Positions 49,493 through 59,328 of a stretch of DNA of 64,000 nt are shown piece by piece. The notes beneath the pieces were generated by a model. It worked only from the letters and a program-made list of their open reading frames with translations, did no database searches and had not been told where the DNA came from. Made by a program: the position numbers and the translations under genes. The stretch's first letter is position 1. Each line of letters starts with the position of its first letter. This DNA comes from Promethearchaeia archaeon (GTDB lineage: Archaea > Asgardarchaeota > Lokiarchaeia > Sigyniarchaeales > SOKP01): contig JAWOCD010000120.1 of assembly GCA_046483985.1 (NCBI GenBank), forward strand, positions 1 to 64,000. The letters are read 5' to 3'.

Positions 49493-50677
49493 CTATTCAG
49501 AATACGTATCATCGACAATCTGGGCGCCGCATCCTCTAGCTTCAACGCCTTCAGCCCTTCCTACGACCTCAACAATTTTACCTTTTCTTCCGCAAGGACA
49601 TTCATCTTCCATTGTAATCTTCACTATATCATCTTGAAGAACAGAAACTCCCGCGTAACTGTGGGCAAGCGGATTAATTACGTTGATTAATCCTTCTTCA
49701 CCGATTCCTACAGGCTCAAGGGTTTCTACATCCCGGACAATTACATCTTGCCACGGAAGGCTGTGTTTGTTATGATATTCACATTCTGAAAACGCACAAT
49801 CGGTTTCCGTAAAGCTATATGTATCAGTTATGTGAGGCTTAGGAATTCCGAGAATGTGGCACATGTCTTCTCGAAATTTTTCAGGTGATACAGCCTCTCC
49901 AGAATATGTTTTCCACCCTCCCCCCGATAGCATGAAAGAATCCTCCCCAATATTAAATGTCTGTCCAGTTTTTTGGTGATAATTCGTTAAGCTCTGGTAA
50001 ATCAAGGGGATCGAGCCCGCAACCCACCCATTTCCTTTTTCAGAAGGATTATCATTTAAAAATCTGAAAGTTTTTTCGGGAGCAAATTCAAAGCGTTTTC
50101 CTTGCTTTTTTGCTTCTTCTCCCGCCGGTTTGAGGGCATAAACCCGTTTATCCATAGGAAGTTTATTCTCAACATTAAAAATATAGCCCATATGATGTAC
50201 TGGCTCTGGGACCTTATCTTCAATTGTGAGTCTTTTTTTCGGCGGAGGTTGGAAGAATAAACTCCAATTATACTCCCTAATATTCGCAAGTTCTTCAATA
50301 ATAATATCAAACATCTTGAAAAATCTTTGTATATTTAATTTATCCCTTCCGATTATAGATGGATCCCCGGATGTTCCACTTGATAACGTCCACACATAAA
50401 TTTCATCCTCGGGAACACATAATAGTTCCTTTGGTCTTCCGGACTCGCGCTTGAAGTTTGCAGAAGTCAAATATGGAATATGCTGAACATCTTCGTAAGA
50501 TTTCAAGTCTCGACGGGGATTGAAACTTTTTTGTTTACAAAATTGACGATAGACATTACAATTTTCAAACTGATATCTTGTTGTTTCACTGATCGCTTTA
50601 AATCGTTTTTGAATGATTTCTTGTTTCTCTTGGTAAAAAGTGTCCTTACCTTCATCTAAGATTTCATCGATTATCAT
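49493..50677 (-). CDS. LuxE-like acyl-protein synthetase
   Basis: SSGTSG, GGGWK, YSFTE, CPCGRKG, GRAEGVEARGC. Confidence 0.9.
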   Translation of the reverse strand: MIIDEILDEGKDTFYQEKQEIIQKRFKAISETTRYQFENCNVYRQFCKQKSFNPRRDLKSYEDVQHIPYLTSANFKRESGRPKELLCVPEDEIYVWTLSSGTSGDPSIIGRDKLNIQRFFKMFDIIIEELANIREYNWSLFFQPPPKKRLTIEDKVPEPVHHMGYIFNVENKLPMDKRVYALKPAGEEAKKQGKRFEFAPEKTFRFLNDNPSEKGNGWVAGSIPLIYQSLTNYHQKTGQTFNIGEDSFMLSGGGWKTYSGEAVSPEKFREDMCHILGIPKPHITDTYSFTETDCAFSECEYHNKHSLPWQDVIVRDVETLEPVGIGEEGLINVINPLAHSYAGVSVLQDDIVKITMEDECPCGRKGKIVEVVGRAEGVEARGCGAQIVDDTYSE

Positions 50678-50984
50678 ATTTTATACCTTAAAATGGCTTA
50701 TTTTATGTAATAGTGTTATAGTTTTGGAAATTTATTATTTTTGATTTTTTATTTTATTTGTCCCAATATCACGAAATAGTTATCAAAAAAGTAAAAGAAA
50801 ACTTATTATTAATAAAGAAGGACTAAATGTTAAGTTTTTTGTATGAAATATCGTTTTTTAATAAAAGCGTCCCTATTATTATTATTATTATCAGAATGGA
50901 TAAAAGTCCTTAAAATTGTGGTTTTCCTCTACAAATGATATAACAATTAATCTAAAAAAGAAAATATTAATTAATTCTTAAAGA

Positions 50985-52301
50985 TTATTTTCCGCCCGCT
51001 AAGGTCACAAAGGTCATGTTATTGAAATAGTAATCAATATCCTTATTTCCGAATATTTCTCCACCGGACCCTACTATCATTCTGGGGATATCTTTTCCAA
51101 TTGCATCATCAATTGTTTTTATTATTCTGGGAAAATTATCTCCATATGCAAAGAATCTAATAGCACAATCAAAACCTAATAAGAATTGAGGATCTGATAT
51201 ATTTTTTAAAGATTCCTTTACCGCTTTTTCTGCGGTTCTATGGAGGATCTCCATGTTACTCTGAAAAATATCAACTTCATCGGGAACTTTTTCAAAAGGA
51301 AACCCCGTATTAATTAAATTTTCCAACTCTGGATCCGTTATGGTGGCAGTAAGATGAGGGATGGTTTCTCCATTATGCTCTTCCGTCGTTCCAATGATAG
51401 TGTGATAATTCAAATAATCGGAACCTTTAAGTTCTCTCAAGGCTTTCTTTTTGATATCCGCTGCTTCACATAATCCCTCAATTGCCGATTCTCCGTTGAT
51501 TTTTAGAAGAAAACTGCCGATATTTTTATCAATCGTACAACTTTTTCCGGTGGGTTCTGCTCCCGCGGCAAATCCAAACCCAAATTTGTCAGACCCCATG
51601 GGTGCAATCGTTGCTCCTACGATATTATCATCACCAATTTGATCATTATAAAATTGAATCGAATCATAATTTCGTAGGTTAGAAGCGATGTTCCCAATAA
51701 CTTGATTACTCCAACTTAAATCATATAATTCTTCAAGGAATTCTTGAACGGAAGGCATTCCCATCCCTTTTTCCTTTAATTGGTCAATTTGCTTCATGAA
51801 AAATCTTTTAATTATTCCAGTAAAAATGGAAACGAAACGGCTATTTAAAGATTTTTGCTTATCCAAAACTTCTTGCGGAAGTTTTATTCCGTCTTGAAAG
51901 AGCAGCATGAATCTATCATCATTTGGTTCCAGTTTTTTGTTTTTTTTATAGATCTTTTTGGCAATTTCTTTATAATTTATCCTCGAATGGGGATAGTTGA
52001 AGGTATTCTCAATATTTATATCTCCTCCAAGTAACATGAGCCCCACACTTCTAAGAGCAATTCGATCTTCGACCAAAATCCCATTAACTGTGCTTCCGAT
52101 TATATCAATCCCAGGTCCGAGTTCTTCTCTAACGCCTTTCAGTACGTTACTGTAATTATGGGGCTTACGGGCTAATGAATCTACTACTAAGATCCCTATT
52201 TTTGGGTTGGCGGTCATAGTTTCTTGAGCACCTCTTGCAACTTCTCTTCCCGCCTTATAACCATCCTTTTCGGTTGATAATTCCACTCCTGCATCTATCA
52301 T
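50985..52301 (-). CDS. FIST N/C-domain protein
   Basis: DGYKAGREVA, IIGST..G, FDCAIR, GGEI, FNNMT; ATG at 52301 preferred. Confidence 0.82.
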   Translation of the reverse strand: MIDAGVELSTEKDGYKAGREVARGAQETMTANPKIGILVVDSLARKPHNYSNVLKGVREELGPGIDIIGSTVNGILVEDRIALRSVGLMLLGGDINIENTFNYPHSRINYKEIAKKIYKKNKKLEPNDDRFMLLFQDGIKLPQEVLDKQKSLNSRFVSIFTGIIKRFFMKQIDQLKEKGMGMPSVQEFLEELYDLSWSNQVIGNIASNLRNYDSIQFYNDQIGDDNIVGATIAPMGSDKFGFGFAAGAEPTGKSCTIDKNIGSFLLKINGESAIEGLCEAADIKKKALRELKGSDYLNYHTIIGTTEEHNGETIPHLTATITDPELENLINTGFPFEKVPDEVDIFQSNMEILHRTAEKAVKESLKNISDPQFLLGFDCAIRFFAYGDNFPRIIKTIDDAIGKDIPRMIVGSGGEIFGNKDIDYYFNNMTFVTLAGGK

Positions 52302-52390
52302 ATTATTTTTTCCTCTTATCGTTTGATAAAACACATTTAATTTGTATTCTTTATCTTTTTATTTATTTTTCCATTTATCTTTATTTTTTT

Positions 52391-52939
52391 TTAAAGTTCT
52401 TCAATAAATTCATCAATTTGATCTAAAACATCCTTGAGAGTCTCCGAAACGTTAAGCAAAAGCGTTTCTACCTTTTTTGCCGAAATCTCCTCCGTATCCT
52501 TCACTTCTTTCGGTTCGTTAGATTTAATTTTCTTTTCCGGAGCTGGTTCGGGGGTTGGTTCCTCAACTTTTCGTAATGACTGTTGAGTTTGCATTTTCTC
52601 ATATTTCGGGATTTGTTCCGAGTCAAGAGAGAAAGACTTTCCTTGCTCTGAAGGTTTAGAGATAGTAGTGCTCGAGAGAATTGGAAAATTTTCTGGTTCA
52701 TCTCCACTTTCAACCACTTCTATACTTGCTCCGTACAATTGTTGATTCGACTTGATCTTTGTTGCGGACACACCTGCGAAATATCTATTGACTTTACTTG
52801 AATTTGGACCACTCCATACCCATATTTTTGACCGTTTCATATGTTTATCTACAATAATATAAATCCCATCATCCTTTAGTTCCTTCTCATCGGTGGGATA
52901 TATCTTTCTCTCATCTACTCTGTATATATTCAGACTCAT
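52391..52939 (-). CDS. Single gelsolin-domain protein with a disordered linker and C-terminal helix
   Basis: YIIVD...IWVWSGPNSS...A...IEVVESGDEPENF gelsolin signature. Confidence 0.8.
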   Translation of the reverse strand: MSLNIYRVDERKIYPTDEKELKDDGIYIIVDKHMKRSKIWVWSGPNSSKVNRYFAGVSATKIKSNQQLYGASIEVVESGDEPENFPILSSTTISKPSEQGKSFSLDSEQIPKYEKMQTQQSLRKVEEPTPEPAPEKKIKSNEPKEVKDTEEISAKKVETLLLNVSETLKDVLDQIDEFIEEL

Positions 52940-52958
52940 TTTATTTTAATCATCTCCT

Positions 52959-53897
52959 TTATTTAATAATCCTCTGAGCCCAATTTTCGACTCGGGATTG
53001 ATAATTTTTGATTTCTTCTGGTTGAATTTTCTCTTGGATCTTCTGTAATTTCCGTGCACATTTTGAGAGATCAAATAGAGCTAATGATGTTCCAATATTG
53101 TTTAATATTTTATCTTTCAAGATCTTAAGCTCTTCGGCTATTTCAACTCCTCTCTTATATTTAAATTCGGTTTTTAAAGTTTCAAAAATCTTTCTTAGGG
53201 TTTCCGATTGTTGTTCCTCGTCTAAATCCCCCAATGAATCGATAATTTCTTCCAGATTTACCGCTTTTACTTTTTCTTTTGGAACTTCTGAAGTAGTCGA
53301 GGTTGGTTCTGATATTTCTTCCGCAGTCGGAACGTGCACTTCTTCTCTCTGGGGACTGGGGATAGATTCTTCAGGGGTTGTAGTGCCGGCCGTCATTTTG
53401 GGAGTTTCAGCTTCACCCGCCTGAGGCCGAGTTGACGTTTTTGAAGAAACTTGAGCTTTTAAGGAAGATGGCCTTGTTCTTGCCCTCTCAACTTCGAGCA
53501 TTGGCGCCTCTTCTGGTGGGCTTAAGACTTCTTCTCCACGTTCCCGGATAAAGGTCTTGATTCTATCAAGAATGTCTAACATTGCTAGTTTAACATAGGA
53601 TAAATTAATATCATCTCGACCCAAGGCCAATAAAATACAGTTTGGCGGAATATGATACACTAAAATATATCCATTATCACCTTCCAACATTAAATCATTG
53701 AGCTCGCCGTGACCGATTCCAGAGGCAAATTGTCTGAAAGTATCCCGTAAAACACATATTTCCCATAAGATATCTTCCGACGGTGTGTGAGATATGGTCG
53801 ATTCAATGACTTTTTTTTCCTTGATATTCACAAAATAACAACCATTTAACTCAGTTATCGTCTCAATCTCGCGTAAAAAATCAATTAATTCAACCAT
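52959..53897 (-). CDS. Roadblock/longin-like N-domain, P/T/E-rich linker and helical C-domain
   Basis: GELNDLMLEGDNGYILVY...INLSYVKL roadblock pattern. Confidence 0.7.
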   Translation of the reverse strand: MVELIDFLREIETITELNGCYFVNIKEKKVIESTISHTPSEDILWEICVLRDTFRQFASGIGHGELNDLMLEGDNGYILVYHIPPNCILLALGRDDINLSYVKLAMLDILDRIKTFIRERGEEVLSPPEEAPMLEVERARTRPSSLKAQVSSKTSTRPQAGEAETPKMTAGTTTPEESIPSPQREEVHVPTAEEISEPTSTTSEVPKEKVKAVNLEEIIDSLGDLDEEQQSETLRKIFETLKTEFKYKRGVEIAEELKILKDKILNNIGTSLALFDLSKCARKLQKIQEKIQPEEIKNYQSRVENWAQRIIK

Positions 53898-54318
53898 TTA
53901 ACCCCCCTCCTTTAATATCAGAGACATCATTATAATCAAAATCCTCTAAGACCTCCTTAAGATCTATTGCTAAATTGCTCATTCTGAATGCAATTCTGAA
54001 TAAATCCGCCTCCTTATCTGCGATTGTGGTTAAAATCGCTTTAGGTCCAGCATTTTGTATGATAGCTCTGCCGTGCTCATTCGTCATATATAAACGTTTT
54101 AGGTTTCCTTTCCTCAAATTTTTGCACAGGTTTTGAAAGGTTAATTTTACTGCCGAGGATAGAGCCCCTATAAGGATGGGATTAATCTTTCCCCGCCACG
54201 AGTTTGAAATTGGAACCCCTTGGGGGTAGGAAATAACGATTTGTCCCTGAACATCACTTTGAGATTGTGTAAACTGTTCTATCAACTCATCGACTTTTTC
54301 TATTTTATCTTCAGACAT
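53890..54318 (-). CDS. Roadblock/LC7 (MglB-like) protein
   Basis: QGVPIS...IGALSSAV...LRKGNLKRLYMTNEHGRAIIQNAGPKAIL. Confidence 0.88.
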   Translation of the reverse strand: MSEDKIEKVDELIEQFTQSQSDVQGQIVISYPQGVPISNSWRGKINPILIGALSSAVKLTFQNLCKNLRKGNLKRLYMTNEHGRAIIQNAGPKAILTTIADKEADLFRIAFRMSNLAIDLKEVLEDFDYNDVSDIKGGGLNG

Positions 54319-54465
54319 ATAACATCAATCTTTTTACTTAAAATTCCTAAAAAATCATACCATATAACAAGATATTCTAAAATTATATATAATAATCTGT
54401 TCTCATTATTTATATCTTTTTTATGTTTAGGCTTGCGATTCTCACAAGGAGATTTTTTTTTAAAT

Positions 54466-54516
54466 TGTTAAGTTTGCTAAGTTTATAGGCTTAAAGTATT
54501 TAGTTTAATACATTTA
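54466..54516 (+). repeat. 51-bp direct repeat, copy 1
   Basis: 43 of 51 bases identical to 59242-59292; last 20 nt identical. Confidence 0.75.
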
Positions 54517-54573
54517 CGGTCTTTATTTGCTTTAACTTGATTGCTCTAATTGTTTTCAATCTGCGAATCTTTT

Positions 54574-55665
54574 TCAATAATCCAAAATAATCTTTAACTT
54601 CATAATTTTGATAAATTTCTTAAATATCTTTTTAACTTTTTGCTTTCCAATATTTATTTTATTTGCGATATCTTTTTTAGAAAACCCTCGAGCGATCCAT
54701 CTTAACCAGACTTCTTTCGAATAACCTGCATAATATTGCGCATTTTGTTCCAAAAGTTCTTCTACTTTCTCCCAATCAGATTCTAATTCTAAAGTGAATA
54801 TTTCACAAATATTTTCAATATCCCCTTCTAAGAACTCAAGTCCATAGCTCCACTCTAGAAAGCAACCATTCATTAATTCTGCATTTTTAAATCTTAAATA
54901 TATTTCATTTCTACTAATTCCTCTAGAATCTAAATGCTCAATAATTGGTCTTAGAAATTTTTCTTGAGCAAGGTAAGATCCACCGAAAAAATTATCAATT
55001 TTTTCTTGGACAGTACGAATTTTACCAACTGGTATGCAATAATTATTAATTAAAATCTCTGAAATTTGGGGTGCTGATAAACCAACTGCAATCATAATTG
55101 CAATATCATAAAGAGGTAAAGATATACCCGATGCTGACATCCCACCTGGAAGAGTGTTTAGCCCGTCCTTCTTAAGGTCTATGTACTCGGCATCAATATC
55201 TTCATGAAAATCCAATTCTAGAATTTTATTTTCATATAAATCCTTAACCGGAAATTCATCGATGTACAGAGCCTCACGCTCACACAAAACCCGCCCTCCA
55301 AAATGAATTTCAATAATATGTGGTTTTATAAAAGGGCTAAAATCGATGAAGATTTTTTCCAGTAATCTTTTTCTCTTCTCATATTGTCTTAATAAACTTA
55401 AAGATTTAATATATTTGTATGTTTCTTTAATATCATAACCAGATGATTCCAAAACTCTTACAATAGATTGATGTAGTTTTGTATATCCAGCTTCATCGAT
55501 GTTACCGTCTGTTATATAATACCCTCTTAAAGCATCCTTAATATGCTCCTTAAATCTAACCTCGTAAGGGCGCTCCGATAAACCAGCATAATATGAATCC
55601 CTAACTTCGATTGTATAAATTACTCCTCCAAATCTATTACTGTTAGCTTTATATAACTTGAGCAC
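54574..55665 (-). pseudogene. GIY-YIG nuclease - HTH protein, probably truncated or frameshifted
   Basis: GVIY...YYAG...RFKEH...EREALYI...GLN..PGG; frame open ~21 codons upstream without ATG; possible 3' frameshift. Confidence 0.55.
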
Positions 55666-55761
55666 ATCTTGAAAGTCTGGTTCATTATAACTTACATATT
55701 CTCTTCCTTTCTTATCAAATATGTGAAATTAGTTACAAGCCCACTAAATATATTATGAAGT

Positions 55762-56163
55762 TCAATCCAAAAGTGAGAGTAATTCATCCTTGGTAAGTTC
55801 TTGTCTGTGCTTTTGATCTGCCCATAATTTACGAAACCGATAGAAATACTCGAATAGTTCCAATTCATCGGGCGAATAGACAACAATTCCATTTTGAATC
55901 ACTTTTATTTGGATATAGAGCGGTAATTCCGAGAAAAATTTCAGATCATATCGCTTTGTAAATATATCGATTTGAACCGAACAGAGAGAATACAGATCGT
56001 GTGGGTCCTCCTCGGGAGCTACCATACAGAGATCGATATCGCTTCGATTTGTCTGTGTTTCATTTGCGTACGACCCGAATAGCAATAAGCCTAAGACCTT
56101 CTTTTGCTTTAAAATAGGCATAAAATCGGTTCTAATCTGATTTAAGAGTTTTTCCGGAGCCAT
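55762..56163 (-). CDS. MNT-family nucleotidyltransferase antitoxin
   Basis: LFGSYA...SDIDL. Confidence 0.9.
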   Translation of the reverse strand: MAPEKLLNQIRTDFMPILKQKKVLGLLLFGSYANETQTNRSDIDLCMVAPEEDPHDLYSLCSVQIDIFTKRYDLKFFSELPLYIQIKVIQNGIVVYSPDELELFEYFYRFRKLWADQKHRQELTKDELLSLLD

Positions 56164-56600
56164 TCCCGCATCACCTCGTAAAAGTCTTTCATTGTTCTTA
56201 TATTTGTTTTTATCCCTTTAAATGCCAATAACTCATCTATCCCGTTGTAATCGTGAACTATTACATTTCTTAACCCATTCATTTTTTTTAAACTTTCAGT
56301 TAACTCCTCGGATAGAAATTTTGTCTCTTTTAAATATCTGATATTGGCATAGTCGTCTCTTGGTTTGATTTTCAAATCTTTTACGGTCATTGCAATTAAA
56401 TCTGTTATGATTTCGACTGATAACTGAAATGCGTGATAGATTGCAAATTGATCTTTTAGGTTAATTGCCAAGAAATCTTTTTTTCCAATATCCTTGATCC
56501 AATTTTCAAGGTTTTTCATATAGCTCTTAAAATGTTCCAACTTTTCGATATAACGTTCAATTCGCTCATTCGTAAAAGAGACTTTGTTATTATCTTCCAT
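56142..56600 (-). CDS. HEPN (DUF86/HepT-like) RNase toxin
   Basis: RNVIVHDY (R-x4-H-x-Y); overlaps the MNT gene. Confidence 0.9.
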   Translation of the reverse strand: MEDNNKVSFTNERIERYIEKLEHFKSYMKNLENWIKDIGKKDFLAINLKDQFAIYHAFQLSVEIITDLIAMTVKDLKIKPRDDYANIRYLKETKFLSEELTESLKKMNGLRNVIVHDYNGIDELLAFKGIKTNIRTMKDFYEVMREWLRKNS

Positions 56601-56849
56601 CCTAATATATTAACTGCATTTGTTAATTTAAATTTGATCATTCAAACATATTCATAATGGAAATATTAACGACTTCAATCTCTACAATTCCATTTTGATG
56701 CGTCTATGGAATAGAATCAGAGAATCACTTAACAAAAAATGCTAAGTTTGTTAAGTTCTGGCTCTTTATTAACCCCTAATCTTTAAATATGTGAATTTTC
56801 ATCTAGTATTCAAGCAAATAAAAAGGCAAAATTCACTTTGAGGTTCACT

Positions 56850-57710
56850 ATGGATAATTTAGAATATACTCATATTAGTGAGGAAGAAATAGCAAGGGAC
56901 AACGCAAAGGAACTTGAGAAGGTGAAGAATCCAAAAGATAAACCGGTTGAAACTGTGTATCATGTTGAATCCTTTACGACAAGCGGAAAATATTATCAAA
57001 TCCTTGAATACGAGGATGGAGATTTCCAATGCGCGTGCCCTGACCACTTCTATCGGCACCGGGAATGCAAACATATTAGAATGATAAAATATCCGGGTCC
57101 CCCGGTGCAAGAGACAACTGAGCCGCAGACTACAACGGAAAGCGAAGGTGGAGACGATGAGGTTGTCGAAATCAAATACAATCCGCCCAGATACCAAATT
57201 AATGAATATCTGGAGGTACGATTGGAAGAGGGGAACACCAAAATTTATGTGAACCACGAGGAATTTATGCACTGCAAATATCTGCTCATTATTAATCCGC
57301 AAGTATCTCAAAAACAGCAAGAAATTGACTCGATTGATGAGGCGAAGGTATATCTCAGCAATAAACTCGAAACGCAGGTAACACCGCGCGATTTGGGGCT
57401 GAGTTTACGGGAAGAATTCTGGGGGCATTGTTCAAATCTTCAAGCATGGGCCGACAACGATTATGATACGCGCATTCTGCACAGTAACCTTGCATTTCCT
57501 TTATTGAAAAAGCTAACCGAGGCCGGCGACCCTGTGGCGAGGAAGGTCTTCAAAGACGAAATCGCCAAGCGCATAGAAAGTAACTTTGCACCGGTCATTA
57601 GATTTCTCGTGCAGCAAGGCTATATTGATTTATTGAACGAAACGGAACTGAAATATTTGATGCAAGGTCCTGCGGGAGAGAAACTACGCCGGATTTTAGC
57701 ACAAGGGTAA
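56850..57710 (+). CDS. SWIM zinc finger fused to a Lokiarchaeia-typical domain
   Basis: CACPD...CKH; EEFWGHCSNLQAW...DTRILHSNLAFPLLKKL. Confidence 0.75.
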   Translation: MDNLEYTHISEEEIARDNAKELEKVKNPKDKPVETVYHVESFTTSGKYYQILEYEDGDFQCACPDHFYRHRECKHIRMIKYPGPPVQETTEPQTTTESEGGDDEVVEIKYNPPRYQINEYLEVRLEEGNTKIYVNHEEFMHCKYLLIINPQVSQKQQEIDSIDEAKVYLSNKLETQVTPRDLGLSLREEFWGHCSNLQAWADNDYDTRILHSNLAFPLLKKLTEAGDPVARKVFKDEIAKRIESNFAPVIRFLVQQGYIDLLNETELKYLMQGPAGEKLRRILAQG

Positions 57711-58023
57711 TGAGAAAAGAGTTTTATATTTTATCGCAAGTATTTCGAAGAAGTGAGAAAAAACGACACGAGCTAAGGGGCGAATAGAAAGCGATATTCA
57801 TATATTTTACAAATTAGATAAAGCCTCAATGGAAATATCGGACAAATACGCATCTTTATACTGCTTACACACCTCAATTTCAGCATATTCTCTTAATTTT
57901 TCTACTAGTTCTGCTCACCGGAATTTATAGTAAGCGTGCAAAGATTTAAATAAGTAAAACGCTATGTGGTATCCATATTAGTCAAAAGAATAATCAGAAA
58001 TTAGAAATCTAACGGGATAAAAA

Positions 58024-59208
58024 ATGGAATTAGCATATAAAGATGGTAAATTAATTATAAAAGAATGGACGATCAATGAAAGCGAGGTTTTGGAGAGAAT
58101 TAATGATTTTAACGGAAACGAAGACAAAATCAAACAATACTTACGTCGCTGTTTGAGAACCGGAGCTTTAGCTCTTAAAGGGGCTCAAGTAGGCGAACAA
58201 GTCGACTTCATCCAGAAACGGTTTAATTCCCTGCAGAATGAGTTCGACAAGTTATTGGAAAATTATCACGATGAAATAGCGGAGACCTTCAAAGAGCACC
58301 AGAATGAGTTTTCAGAAATGATTAAAGGCGATGAGGGCGTAAAATCCTGTATGGAAGATTACTTGGGCGAAAAAGGTGCCCTAAATGAAACGATAGAAGA
58401 CTATTTTGGAGAGAACGGGGCGTTTATGGACTTATTTAGCTTAGAGAAACCCGATAGCCCTCTGAAATTAATCGATAAAACCTTTAATGAAAGGGTTGAG
58501 GAAATTAAAATTAAAATGGCCGAGCATTTTGCGGATAAAGCTGCCCGCGCCGAAGAGCGAGAGAAATCCGCATTAAAGGGTTACGATTACGAAGACCAAG
58601 TGGAGATCATATTAAATAAAATTACAAAACCCTTTGGGGATGTGGTGCAGCCCGTTCAAACGAGCACCAGCGGAACCAGCGGAAAAAAGGGAGATTTTAA
58701 CATTGAAGTGAACGTAGGGACGTCAGATACACCTCTTAAAATAACCGTGGAAGCCAAAGCGGGAGATCAACATATGGGAGGGAAAAGCAGTTTATTAGAT
58801 ATTCTCGACAAATCTATGAATGAAAGAGCTGCAGACTTCGCCATCGCCACCGTGAGAGACCTCGATGCTTTACCCCAAGAGCATCAGTCAATTGGACATT
58901 TAAGAACATACGGGATCGATAAGATAGTATGCGTGGCAAATACAGACGAAGGCTGGCTACCCCTTGATGTCGCATATAAGATTGCTCGTTCACGCCTCCT
59001 TATGGAGAATAATGAAACCACGGAAATAGACGGAGGGGTAATTAAAACGGAGATCGAATCGGTCATCAATAAAATCAATACGCTTAAGGGAATCCAAGGA
59101 CAATTGACTTCAATTTCGAACAATATTAAAGAACAGAGAGATAAAATTAAAGGATTGAAGAACGAAGTGAAAGATCAGCTGAATGGAATTCTCTCCGAAC
59201 TTGCGTAA
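58024..59208 (+). CDS. Coiled-coil protein with a PD-(D/E)XK nuclease domain (RmuC/DUF2130-like)
   Basis: KGYDYE...KGDF...VEAK flanked by coiled coils. Confidence 0.65.
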   Translation: MELAYKDGKLIIKEWTINESEVLERINDFNGNEDKIKQYLRRCLRTGALALKGAQVGEQVDFIQKRFNSLQNEFDKLLENYHDEIAETFKEHQNEFSEMIKGDEGVKSCMEDYLGEKGALNETIEDYFGENGAFMDLFSLEKPDSPLKLIDKTFNERVEEIKIKMAEHFADKAARAEEREKSALKGYDYEDQVEIILNKITKPFGDVVQPVQTSTSGTSGKKGDFNIEVNVGTSDTPLKITVEAKAGDQHMGGKSSLLDILDKSMNERAADFAIATVRDLDALPQEHQSIGHLRTYGIDKIVCVANTDEGWLPLDVAYKIARSRLLMENNETTEIDGGVIKTEIESVINKINTLKGIQGQLTSISNNIKEQRDKIKGLKNEVKDQLNGILSELA

Positions 59209-59241
59209 TGGATTTTTTTTTCAAAAGGGAATTTTTTAGTC

Positions 59242-59292
59242 TGTTAAGTCTGTTAAATTAATAACATTAAAATATTTAGTTTAATACATTTA
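59242..59292 (+). promoter_or_regulatory. 51-bp direct repeat, copy 2 (likely promoter/operator of the next gene)
   Basis: Two TGTTAA(G/A)T 9-mers plus a TATA-like TTAAAATA, ~37 bp before ATG 59329. Confidence 0.55.
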
Positions 59293-59328
59293 ATTATGGA
59301 AACCTAAAATATGGTATGAGGTAAAAAA

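Noticed and set aside
47732-50677. Bioluminescence operon
   Set aside because: No luxA, luxB or luxD; LuxC/LuxE homologs occur widely without light production
50872-50892. (TAT)n microsatellite
   Set aside because: Short low-complexity run in an AT-rich intergenic region
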